From a virus, in the IMG/VR virus record IMGVR_UViG_3300043570_002257, positions 56,227 to 120,226 of that record: a DNA stretch of 64,000 nucleotides. One strand, 5' to 3'. The notes beneath the pieces were generated by a model. The model was not told where the DNA came from and ran no database searches. It saw only the letters and a program-made list of their open reading frames with translations. Below are positions 17,821-28,400 of the stretch, one piece after another. The translations under genes and the position numbers were made by a program. Every line of letters begins with the position of its first letter. Within the stretch, counting starts at the first letter, position 1.

Positions 17821-20800
17821 TTATTTAGTTTCTAGTTTTTTAATTTTATCTGATAATTCTTTTACTGCACCTATAAGTACAGTTGTTAAACGTGAGTAGT
17901 TAACACCTATGGCTTCTCCATTCTCATCGTATTGTACAAACTCTGGATATGTTTCAGCAACCTCTTCTGCAATAAGTCCTAACTCTTTAATAGTAGAACC
18001 AATTTTATTGTAAGCTACTGGTCTCAAATCTAATACTTTTTCTAAATTTCCAGTAATTGTGTTTATGTTTTCTTTTAACTTAAGAGAAGATGATTCTGTA
18101 AGTGCTCCACCAATAGTTAGATTACCTAAATAATCTAATGTAAGTCTTTGTAAATGAGTTCCACCTGGTTGACGCACAGCAATTCCAAATACACCTTCAT
18201 AATTACTAGCACCTTTATATGCTCTTATTGATGCTCTATGATGATTTCCATCAGTATCAACAGTTGCAAATCCCATTTGTGCTCTTTGTCCACTTGTAGT
18301 TGATCTCAAAAGAAGAGCGTCAACAAAATCATCTAATAGAGGACTATGGTCAATTACTAGACCATAGTTATTACTAGTTGTAATTACATCACCAGCCTTA
18401 GAAACTTTACCTGCAATACTACTAGTTACTGTAGTTGCAAAGTTTGGATCATCTCCCAATGCTGCTGCTAATTCATTTAATGTATCTAAAGCACCAGGTG
18501 CAGCATCTATTAAGTTATTAATCTGAGTAGTCACATAAGCTGTAGTAGCATATCCTGCAGAAGCATGATTGCCCCAACCATATGCAGTATTCCATTGTGT
18601 AGAATTACCAGCTACTGTAGAAATTGTTCCAGTAATAGTAACATCACCTGAATTAGTTAATGAAAGTTTTCTAGTTCCATTCCACTGAATAACAAAGTCA
18701 GCTCCAGCAGCACCTCCTGAACGAGTCATACCAAGTCTCCAATGATCACTATACCATCCATATTCATGACCAGAAACTAAGTCATCTGTAGTATATGTAG
18801 ATGGTATATATACTGCAACTTCTCTTCCTTCACTACCTGTTATGGTAATTGGAACTGAAGTTGTAGCACCTCTTCCTGTAACTGATGCTAAAGTATCTGT
18901 GTATGTTGTTAAATATGCCTGAGATTGTACCCACGATTGAGTTGCAACTGCTGCACTGTTAAGTGTTAGAGTAGTAAAGTTTGTTTGTGATGTAGTTGCA
19001 GAATTACCAGTAATATGTGTAGCAAGAGCTTTATAAGGAACTGTTTGTATTAATGTACAATCAGATAAATCTGCGTCTGTCCAAGTCCATCCTGTGGTAT
19101 AAGAATCAGCAGAGTTAGAAGAGAATACACTTTCTACATACATTTTTGCCCAATATCCAGGATCAGGTAAATGAATAATTACAAAACCATCTGAACTTTT
19201 AGCAAGAGTAATTATAGGAGACCATGCACCATTAGAAATAGCATTTCTACTGTAGAACTCACTATTGTAATAATGCCAACCAATAGATAAAGAAACCATT
19301 TGAGAAGCTCCATATCTAAATCCTTTAATGTTTACAGTAAAATCTGAACCTCCATAATTCCAAGGAATATTTGTTTTTATCTTAAATTGAGTAGGAGTAA
19401 CTCCTGTATTCAAATCAAGAATACCCATTGAAAGTTTTTTTGCACCAACAGACGCAACACCTGTAACTCCTAACTTTTCACTTATATTAAATGAACCTGT
19501 AAGATCAGTTATATTTGTATTAATACGTAGTCTTTCAACAGATGCAGTTTTAAATATAATTGTGTTAGGATTAGTTGCTCCACCTCCTGCTACATTTATA
19601 GAAGAAACATATCCATTTGTTGATCCTGCAAAAACAGTTCCTGTAGATGCATCAGCTCCACTACCCAATATACTATTGTAAGGATAAACACCACCACTAA
19701 AAGAACTTGCTGTTACTGTACTTAAAAAAGTAGCAGAGTACCAAGGATAAGTTGCGTTACCTAAATTTTGTGCTGAATAAGTTCCTACGCCATTTGTTGA
19801 AATAATAACGCCTGCACCAAATCCAAAACCAATATCATTACCATTAGTAGCGTTATCATAAATACCACCACTTGTTAATATTGTTCTGTTGTTTGCTGTG
19901 AAAGATGTAGCGTTTACAGTTGAACTGAATGTCGCTGCACCTGTTGAAGCAATTCTTAATAATTCTGCACCATTATTGCCATTTCTAATTTGTAAAAACC
20001 CAACACCATTTTCAGATAGTTTACCTATTGAGTAATCTGTACCGGGGCTTGAGTTAAAAAATACACCACCAAATGAAACATTAGCCCCATCTGCATTAGT
20101 ATCTCTTATATTCATCAATGCACCACTATTAACAGGAGGAGTACCAATAGCATAAAACTGAGTATTTGATACAACTTGACCTGTAAACCTACCAGTTCCG
20201 TTTACATCTAACAAATATGAACCACTTGCAGTTGTACCCAAAAGTAATTGACCACTTGCAGTCAAAGTCATTCTTTGTGTAAATGTTACTGCATTACCCG
20301 CAGTTCCACTTGGAGCGTTTGACCACTGATGTTCGCCTAAATATTGAGAGTATCTTGTAGAAGCCAATCCTGTATTTTTATACAAAGGACTTCCTGCCCA
20401 ATTATAATAATAATTTAAACCAACTGATATTGAATTGTAAAGATTTGTTGCATTTTCAGTCCATATAATACCATTAGCACCTATTTCTAAAACACGAGAA
20501 TCAGAATAAGCGTTTAATGGTGTAACTCCTAAACCAATTGTGGTTGCGTTTTCTTGTAACAAAGAATTTCCTAAAGCACTTGCTCCTGTAAACTTTGGTA
20601 AGTAATTAGTAGTTCCCGTACCTGTAATAGGATTTGTTAAAGTTGATGTACTACCATCAGCCATTAAATATTGGGTAGATGTACCTCCACTTTTAATTAA
20701 TGATACTGCTGTAAATGTTCCACTTGATTCCCAATTTCCATACAATGAGCCACCATAAGAGCCACCATAATTAACTCTAACAGACCATCCACCTAAATTA

Positions 20801-23493
20801 TTTAATAACCCAAATCCATCTCCATCCCAATAAACATATCCTTTTGTTGTCCCTTCATATCCTTTTTTAAATAATAAAGCACCACCAGTAGCTGCTGCTG
20901 ATGATGTAACATTCCAATATGAAGCATTAGATGCGTAAAAGTTTGTATCGTAGAAATTACTTTTTAATCCTGTTGTTGCAGAAGTAAGTTCAAAATTACC
21001 ACCTGATGTGACAGTTGAACCAAATTCTGCTATACCTGAACCATATAAGTTAATAGCATTAACAGTACCCGCAGCATTACTAATCCTTATTGCAGGTAAA
21101 CTATTACTTCCATTTTGAATATATAAACCATAACCAGTAGCAGATGTGTTTTGAAGATAACCTACAAAATAACCTGCATTTGATTTAGTTGCATTAAATA
21201 CCTCTCCACTTTGTAATCCTGCATTTGAAAAACTTGTTGCGGTAACTGAAGATGAGAATGTAGCTGCACCTGATGGACCAATTGCCATACCATTTGAAGC
21301 AGTATTGCAACCAAAATAGGCAAATGTACCATAAGCATCTATAACAGCTGTTCCATTTGTGTTTTGTCCAATAGAAAAAGTTCCTATATTATATACTGTA
21401 CCAGTTCTTGTATGGTTTCCTGTTAAAGGAAGATATAAACCAGCATGATTACCCCAGCCAAAAGCTGTATCCCAATTTGCATTATTATATCCTGATACAG
21501 AAATTGTAAGTTCTTGAGGACTTGCACTACCATTAGCTGTAATACTAATACCACTTCCTGATACAAAATTAACTGTATCTAATCCTACAGCTGTAAGTTT
21601 TTGTACTCCATCAACTTTCCAATATTTGAATGTTGAATTCATTGCAACTTTTGCAATTCCTGCAGAAGGATTTGTTACATCAAAACCTGAATCTTCATCA
21701 AATTGTAAAATATTTATTCCACTATAACTTTCTGTTGCAGTTCCAGCAATATTTACTTGCTGTACAGAAATTGTTGGAGATGGAATTTGAGAAATTGCTG
21801 TAGTTACATATGTTTGAGTAGCATAAGTGTTTGAATCTATGCTACCATCTGCTTTTAAAAATTGTACTGAAGTTCCTCCTGCTTTAACAAAAGAGTTACC
21901 TGTAATATTGTATGCACGCAAATCTGCATATGCAAAAGATCCATGTGATGTATCTATAAAAGGTGATGCATCTGGTTCAGGTGTATATCCTTTAAAGAAT
22001 TTCCATGTGTTATCTGTTGCATCTCTAAATAAACCAGTGTGTGCGTATGTACCATCATTGTAACCACCTGCAAAACCAAGATCTGGATTTACTGATGTTT
22101 TTGCTCTAGCAGTTCCACCAGAAACATAAAGACCAACTACACCAAATGCAATTGTAAATGAGTTTGTAGATACTGCAGTAATAGTTTGATTTGTCAAGTT
22201 GTAAACACTTGGGTCTACACCTGAAATTGTAACAAGCATACCTGCAGTATAGTTATGTGATTCCAGTGTAGTATATACTACTGTGGATCCATTACCTACA
22301 ACGTTTGTAATTGTTGTTTGAATACCATTGTTCAGATAAATCATATTATCTGAAACTGATAAGTTTTGGGCGTTTACAATTGTGCTTGTACCACCAATTG
22401 TTAAGTTGCCTGCAATGTTAATGTCACCACCAACATATAAATTTTTTGTAATACCAACACCTCCATTAACAACAACTGCTCCACTTGAAACTGAAGTTGA
22501 TTGGGTGGTGTCAGAAAATGTTTTAATACCAGCAATACTTTCGTTGCCAGTTGTATGAACTACATTTGCATCATTTGCTGCAGTGTATCCTAAAAGAGTT
22601 GCAACTGATTTTGGTTTGTATAAACTTGTAGATGATTCATATGCTATTACATAATTGTTTTGAACGCCATTTTCTACATAATCATGTAGTTCTTTCATTT
22701 CAAAACCATTCTGTACTTTTACAAAGATCTCACCATTGTTTGTGTTTACTCTTGTAACAACACCAATAAATACTAAGTGTGCAGGAGCAGAAGGTTTGTT
22801 TAGTAAACCATAAATTAAATTTCCACCAGTACCTAACCAAACAGGATCACCAGCGTTTGCACCATTTGTATTTAAACCTGCAAGTAGACCTTCTGTCAAA
22901 ACTCTTGCCATACCGTTTGTAGAAACAGTAGACATCAAAAGACCTATTGTCTTAGAAGATGTAGATTCAGAAGCATTAGATGCTAAACCAACAATCATGT
23001 TAGTTCCATCTGCACCTGTTACATAAACAGCTTGGCCTTTATTTATTGCCACACCTGCTTTTACTTCATGACTTAAAGAATCAGAAGAAACAAAACTTGG
23101 AAATGTTTGATATGCACCAGTACCATCTATGTACTGAGAAACTGTTCCAGTAGGATTGTTGTATTTTGCATCAAGAGCTGCCTGTAAATCTGTTTGAGTA
23201 GAAAGTGTTCCAGTAATGGAACCCCATGTGATAGATGATACACTAATTGTACCATCAATACCCACAGATAATCCTGAACCTATCTTAACACCACCCAATA
23301 CAGATGCAGACGCAATACTTAATGTAATCGTTACATCACCAGTACCTGGATTTACACCAGTTGAAGATAATGTCAAGCCCGTTCCAGCAATGACTTTTGT
23401 AATCAAAGCTGAACCTGAAGTAGTAGTGTTTATATCACTTCTTATAATGTTCAGAGGTCTTATCTGAGACTTCCTAACTAGAGTTATTGACAT
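17821..23493 (-). CDS. Second long tail fibre (1890 aa) with C-terminal S74 chaperone
   Basis: DAAPGALDTLNELAAALGDDPNFATT fibre motif; SSLKLKENI, GLIAEEV, VNYSRLTTVLIGAVKEL. Confidence 0.88.
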   Translation of the reverse strand: MSITLVRKSQIRPLNIIRSDINTTTSGSALITKVIAGTGLTLSSTGVNPGTGDVTITLSIASASVLGGVKIGSGLSVGIDGTISVSSITWGSITGTLSTQTDLQAALDAKYNNPTGTVSQYIDGTGAYQTFPSFVSSDSLSHEVKAGVAINKGQAVYVTGADGTNMIVGLASNASESTSSKTIGLLMSTVSTNGMARVLTEGLLAGLNTNGANAGDPVWLGTGGNLIYGLLNKPSAPAHLVFIGVVTRVNTNNGEIFVKVQNGFEMKELHDYVENGVQNNYVIAYESSTSLYKPKSVATLLGYTAANDANVVHTTGNESIAGIKTFSDTTQSTSVSSGAVVVNGGVGITKNLYVGGDINIAGNLTIGGTSTIVNAQNLSVSDNMIYLNNGIQTTITNVVGNGSTVVYTTLESHNYTAGMLVTISGVDPSVYNLTNQTITAVSTNSFTIAFGVVGLYVSGGTARAKTSVNPDLGFAGGYNDGTYAHTGLFRDATDNTWKFFKGYTPEPDASPFIDTSHGSFAYADLRAYNITGNSFVKAGGTSVQFLKADGSIDSNTYATQTYVTTAISQIPSPTISVQQVNIAGTATESYSGINILQFDEDSGFDVTNPSAGIAKVAMNSTFKYWKVDGVQKLTAVGLDTVNFVSGSGISITANGSASPQELTISVSGYNNANWDTAFGWGNHAGLYLPLTGNHTRTGTVYNIGTFSIGQNTNGTAVIDAYGTFAYFGCNTASNGMAIGPSGAATFSSSVTATSFSNAGLQSGEVFNATKSNAGYFVGYLQNTSATGYGLYIQNGSNSLPAIRISNAAGTVNAINLYGSGIAEFGSTVTSGGNFELTSATTGLKSNFYDTNFYASNASYWNVTSSAAATGGALLFKKGYEGTTKGYVYWDGDGFGLLNNLGGWSVRVNYGGSYGGSLYGNWESSGTFTAVSLIKSGGTSTQYLMADGSTSTLTNPITGTGTTNYLPKFTGASALGNSLLQENATTIGLGVTPLNAYSDSRVLEIGANGIIWTENATNLYNSISVGLNYYYNWAGSPLYKNTGLASTRYSQYLGEHQWSNAPSGTAGNAVTFTQRMTLTASGQLLLGTTASGSYLLDVNGTGRFTGQVVSNTQFYAIGTPPVNSGALMNIRDTNADGANVSFGGVFFNSSPGTDYSIGKLSENGVGFLQIRNGNNGAELLRIASTGAATFSSTVNATSFTANNRTILTSGGIYDNATNGNDIGFGFGAGVIISTNGVGTYSAQNLGNATYPWYSATFLSTVTASSFSGGVYPYNSILGSGADASTGTVFAGSTNGYVSSINVAGGGATNPNTIIFKTASVERLRINTNITDLTGSFNISEKLGVTGVASVGAKKLSMGILDLNTGVTPTQFKIKTNIPWNYGGSDFTVNIKGFRYGASQMVSLSIGWHYYNSEFYSRNAISNGAWSPIITLAKSSDGFVIIHLPDPGYWAKMYVESVFSSNSADSYTTGWTWTDADLSDCTLIQTVPYKALATHITGNSATTSQTNFTTLTLNSAAVATQSWVQSQAYLTTYTDTLASVTGRGATTSVPITITGSEGREVAVYIPSTYTTDDLVSGHEYGWYSDHWRLGMTRSGGAAGADFVIQWNGTRKLSLTNSGDVTITGTISTVAGNSTQWNTAYGWGNHASAGYATTAYVTTQINNLIDAAPGALDTLNELAAALGDDPNFATTVTSSIAGKVSKAGDVITTSNNYGLVIDHSPLLDDFVDALLLRSTTSGQRAQMGFATVDTDGNHHRASIRAYKGASNYEGVFGIAVRQPGGTHLQRLTLDYLGNLTIGGALTESSSLKLKENINTITGNLEKVLDLRPVAYNKIGSTIKELGLIAEEVAETYPEFVQYDENGEAIGVNYSRLTTVLIGAVKELSDKIKKLETK

Positions 23494-23516
23494 ATCTTAA
23501 GTAATTATAATTTTTT

Positions 23517-24086
23517 TTATGGTATTGTTATTTTGTAATCAACAGTCAACAAATCATCAGTTGCAGGAGGTGTGAAAAATTGGATCATGTTTGGACCAAC
23601 TTCATCATAATCATATCCTGCACCAAGTGTTTGTCTAATACCATTAATGTACACTCTTGTGCTATCAGGCACGTATATACTTCTTAATTGAAAAGCTGAG
23701 TTGATACCATTTCTAGTACCAACAATATCATAATCATAATCAGTTATGTCTACAATTGAAGACGCGTCTGAATAGACATTACCATTTATATCAACTTTTA
23801 AAACACCAGCATCTAAAGAAGTAAAAGCAACAGAACCATTGACAGCTAATCCGCCAAGAGTTAAGCTTAATGTTGTGATGTTATCATTTGCAAGTACTTG
23901 GTCTATACCAATACTAGAAGACGCAGCACCAAGGTCAGAAAGCATTTCAATTGCTGTTCTGAATTTAACACCTTTGGTGGAAGGGTCATAAACTAAAAAT
24001 TTGTCAGCCACAATTCCCAAGTTAGGGAGATTGTGAACTGACAGCATTCCTCTTATTAATAAATCTGCTTCTACTCTACGACTCAT
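23517..24086 (-). CDS. Virion structural protein (fibre/decoration-associated)
   Basis: C-terminal beta-domain 'VYINGIRQ...DY...F..PP...D.L.VDY' typical of phage fibre proteins. Confidence 0.6.
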   Translation of the reverse strand: MSRRVEADLLIRGMLSVHNLPNLGIVADKFLVYDPSTKGVKFRTAIEMLSDLGAASSSIGIDQVLANDNITTLSLTLGGLAVNGSVAFTSLDAGVLKVDINGNVYSDASSIVDITDYDYDIVGTRNGINSAFQLRSIYVPDSTRVYINGIRQTLGAGYDYDEVGPNMIQFFTPPATDDLLTVDYKITIP

Positions 24087-24133
24087 GTAAATATTTTTTT
24101 GTGTCTAACACATTGTTTTGTTATATTATCTGA

Positions 24134-25312
24134 TTAGATAATAACAACCTTGAACTCATTCAACATTGGTGGAAGTGCAAATATTAATTGAACATCATTT
24201 GCTGTTGTAGCAATAACTTCACACTCAATTAATTCTGCTGGGAAATTTGCTTCAAAAACTTGAACATGCACATTATCCCCTTTTCCATGATTAATATTAA
24301 ATACAGTTGCAATACCATCACCAATAAGTGTAGAATACTTTAATGTTGTAGTATTTACAGCAGTAACGTGACCAAAGGTATCAACACTAATATTTTGTAT
24401 AACTTGGCTTAATACATTTGAAGTTGTAGCTGCAGTTGATGTATCTGTGTGAGCTACAGTAACTTGACCACCACTTACTGTTACAGTAATACCTGCACCA
24501 GCTACTACGTTAGGTGGATCATTTGTAGTTAAGATGTTATAGAATGTTGAACCATCAGTAGTTAATTGCCACTTGTCAGTAGTTTCATTCCAAATTAAAG
24601 AAACATTTGTTAATGTTCCACGTTCAACTTCAATACCAGCATTTTCTGTAGGAGCAGATCCTGTATAGTTACTGTTTAATGTGACAATATTATCAGCAAG
24701 AAGTACAGTTTCTGTGTTTACAGTTGTGGTAGTTCCGTTTACTACAAAGTTAGCATTGATAATAATTTCAGAACCATTGAACTGAATAGGCGAGTTCTTT
24801 AAGTTACCAGCTGCACCATCCCAAATAGGTAAAGTATTATCACTCAAGTTAGCTGCATTTTTAAATGCTACACTTGGAGTAGAACCTTCACCACCAGAGT
24901 TTGATACAGTAATACCAGTACCAGATGTAACACCTGCTACATAATCACCTGTAGTATCAGTACCAAGGGCAACACTATTTGCTGCAATTGTAACTGCTAC
25001 TGTTAATGCTCCAGAAACATATGCTGCTGTACCAGTAACATCACCTGAAAGATTAATGCTATTTAAACTTTTTTGTAACTTACCAAGAGATGTAATAACA
25101 GTGTCAGCACTAGTGATAGCTGCTGCTGTTCCTGCAACAGAGTAAGTTGTTAAGGTTCTGTCAAGTACTAAGTCTATGACTGTACCTGTGCTATCTTTCT
25201 TGGTTAACCAACCATTTAAGATGTAGGCTTTTACAAAACCTTCACTTGGATTACTAAATGTAGCACCATTGAGTTCAGGAAGCTGTAAAGGCACTAAGAA
25301 TTTTGATGCCAT
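24134..25312 (-). CDS. Virion structural/fibre protein
   Basis: VALGTDTTGDYV, DNIVTLN...AGIEVERG...WNETTDKW and VDTFGHVT fibre motifs. Confidence 0.7.
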   Translation of the reverse strand: MASKFLVPLQLPELNGATFSNPSEGFVKAYILNGWLTKKDSTGTVIDLVLDRTLTTYSVAGTAAAITSADTVITSLGKLQKSLNSINLSGDVTGTAAYVSGALTVAVTIAANSVALGTDTTGDYVAGVTSGTGITVSNSGGEGSTPSVAFKNAANLSDNTLPIWDGAAGNLKNSPIQFNGSEIIINANFVVNGTTTTVNTETVLLADNIVTLNSNYTGSAPTENAGIEVERGTLTNVSLIWNETTDKWQLTTDGSTFYNILTTNDPPNVVAGAGITVTVSGGQVTVAHTDTSTAATTSNVLSQVIQNISVDTFGHVTAVNTTTLKYSTLIGDGIATVFNINHGKGDNVHVQVFEANFPAELIECEVIATTANDVQLIFALPPMLNEFKVVII

Positions 25313-25384
25313 AATATTTTATGTTTATATGTTAATTGTTACAAATTTATATCAGAACAGGCATTTCTGAAGAAATGGCGTCCT

Positions 25385-25402
25385 CTACTATAATATAAGA
25401 AA
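25385..25402 (-). promoter_or_regulatory. Candidate phage late promoter motif (TTTCTTATATTATAGTAG)
   Basis: Recurrent motif upstream of the fibre gene block. Confidence 0.45.
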
Positions 25403-25444
25403 TAATCCAGAAATATCTATAAAATACTTGCATAATTTGAGAAT

Positions 25445-25469
25445 AACTAGTCACAATTTGTGACCAGTT
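25445..25469. repeat. Near-perfect inverted repeat AACT-A-GTCACA-ATT-TGTGAC-C-AGTT
   Basis: Seen directly, 7 nt downstream of the stop of the 1969-aa ORF. Confidence 0.7.
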
Positions 25470-25475
25470 GCTCAA

Positions 25476-28400
25476 TTACTGCTTACCTTTCATTTGATCT
25501 ATGATGTAATTAGGATTTATTGTGTTCCTTATATTTTTAATACCAGTCAAATCAATGATGTCTTTTCCTACTTTAGCATCTCCTTTTTCATATGCTCCAT
25601 ACTTACGTCCATAGAATGCATCTTTCCAAACTTCTTGGTAGAATTCACTATCATAAGCTGGATCAGGTTCTTCTCCACCATTGATTGTCATTGCAACTCC
25701 ATAGTTTAAAGCGTGAGATGCAAATTTTTTAACTGTTTGTAATTCTCTAAGGTATGTTGTTGCTGTGGTAAAGTTCTTAATATACTCATCTCCTCCAGCT
25801 CCTACAGGCCACATTGCTAAAGTTTCACCCTTAACACCCCATAAAAGTCTAATAGCATTACCCTCAAGCATACCTAATTCTTCATCCTCATCATCTTTTT
25901 TACGCACATACATCAGTGCCATTCTACCAAGAACTGCAAGAATTATCATTGCAATCATATCTCTTCTAGCCTGACCAACCTTTTTAGTTAAGAACTGACC
26001 CATTTTATTTTCAGTATTTTTACTCATTGCCGTACTACCAAGTAGCAAATGCTTAGCAACTTCTTTAGAGCCGAATGATTTATTAGCTAACATCAATGCT
26101 CTCCAATAACCCATTGCTGCCTCAGAACCTTCCCAGTTAGCACGTAAGTAACCAAATCTATTAAGTAGTTGAGGTACAAGATACTTTCTAAAGAAAAACA
26201 ACATTTTACCTGCAATATTTTCTTCTACTTTTGTTTGGTCAGCTTTTGCGTAGTTACCTTGAGCACGTCTCATTTCAGAATAGATTGTATTTTTTATTCT
26301 GTTTTCATCTTGCTGTGTGTACTCTACATCTTTTCTTCTTATAAGCATTCCATCTTTATCTTTGATATAGATTTCATGCACAGGAACATATACATCATTT
26401 CCTTGTTCATCTTTCTGATAAACTGGATTACCTTCAGCATCATGCTTTTCTATGACCTTAAACTTATGGTGATTCATAATAGCATACATTACTGTTACTG
26501 CAATTTCTGTATCTCCTTTATCTTGCATCATAAATCCAAGTTCTTGAACATTGGTTAATTTGCCAGCAATTCTACGTCCTTTAGAACCAGTTACTTCTGA
26601 CACATACTTAATGAAATCTTTCTGTGCAGGATTAAAGAAACGATACAACATAGTGTCTTTGTTTACATCACTTACTCTACCCCAATCTCCAAAGTATTGG
26701 TGTAAGAAACCATTGTAACCATACACCTTCTTTTTAGCCCACATGTAATCATCTCTACCATACTTATCACTATCCATACCACCCGCAGCAATAAATGCTT
26801 GTACGTTACCTGATACGTAGTTTTTAGTTTGATTGACAACATCAAAACCAATTCTGATTAAACTTGTGTATGCAAAAACAGCATTCATTCTTTTAGCAAG
26901 TGCTCTGCTTATTTGTTCTTTTGTTTCAGCTTGACCATATAAAAACTTTTTACGTTCAAACTGTAAGATTTCAATTACGTTGTTTAGTTGTGCTAAACGT
27001 TTTCTCATATCAATCTCAATATCTTTACCACTTGCTTCATCTTTTACAATCATTGGTTTATCTTGTGCAATCTTCTTTTGAAGTTGTTCAGCAAGTAATT
27101 CTAAATGCTCAATATACATATCTGCTTGAGGAGCAACCTCTTGCATTGCAATATTATAATGTGCTTCAGTAGCGTATTTTATTACAGCTCCAATTGCATC
27201 TTGAGTTTGTATATTCTCTGGTAATTGAGTTGTAAATCTATGTCTAATTTTAGAACCATGACTACCAAAGATATTCTCAACAGAATCAACAGCACCAACT
27301 CTTCTAACATTTCTATCCACAAACTTTTCAAACTCATCGCTTACAGCTTGTTTTAAACCTTTACCTTTTAAGTTTTCAATTGTAGATGCACTATATCCAG
27401 GAACCATGTAACCAATTTTAACTCCTTCAATTCTTGCTTGAAGATTAAAAAACATCTTCATAGTATCATTGTAAAAAGAAAAAAGTTCTTCATCTTTCAT
27501 CAACTCATTATACTTAGGATTAACATTAGCAGAATTCTGATAAGCAGGATCAACTACATAATGTCCATCACTATTCTTTTGAATTGCTTTTGGCATTGGC
27601 ATACCATCAGGTGATTTTAAAAAGTCTGGATTTTTAGATGTTTCTTTTAAACGTTTTATCTTATACTTAGGATGAGGCACAGTCTCCATGTATTCTTGTT
27701 CAACAGCAGGAGCTGGCATCTTCTCATAATTATAATTTTTAGGTTGTCTATTATTTCTAATATCATACCCAGTAAGAATGCTATCATATTTGTTATCATG
27801 ATGCATGTTATACCATTTTTCAAAATCAACTTCTTGTTGTCCAAATTGTCTTTCTTCAAAGATCAATGCTTCTTCAGCTTCTTCAACTGCTTTCTTATCA
27901 CCAGATGTTCTAGCAACTGCAAGTTTGTTTTCAGCTTCAATGATTGAATTCTTATGAGCATACAAAGATTTTACTTTAACTTCAAAGGCGTCATTGTAAG
28001 AGTCACTAAGTTTTAAAGCAACAATGCGTTTAATACTTTGTGTAATATCACTTGAACGTTTTTTCTCTTCTGGTGAAAGTCTTCCTGCAGTTTTACTTTT
28101 GCTTGTAATAATATCTTCAATTTTTGCATCAAGTAAACTTAACTCATCTATCTCTATCTGACTTAAATACTGTGGTTTAATTCTACCACCTATTTTGTAA
28201 GGATTTAAGATGTTTCTTCTTTGCTGCATTAAATCTGTAATCTCAGGATCTGAACCAAATAACTCAGCACGTGCTTCATATAAAGCAGCTAGTTCTTCAT
28301 ACCATTCACTCTTAGGTCTAGTAACAGTATTTCTTTTCTTCCACTTTTCCCATTCTTCTGGAAACTCAGTTTCATATTTAGTTCTAGCGTTAAACTCCAT

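Noticed and set aside
11268-23493. Diversity-generating retroelement or invertase shufflon acting on the fibres
   Set aside because: No reverse transcriptase or recombinase in the window. The repeats are direct, in-frame and synonymously diverged, not adenine-specific TR/VR pairs or inverted sites.
10220-24112. Identical quasi-palindromic 13-mer TGTGTCTAACACA at 10220 and 24100
   Set aside because: Repeated 13-mers are expected by chance in 64 kb, and one copy is inside an ORF.
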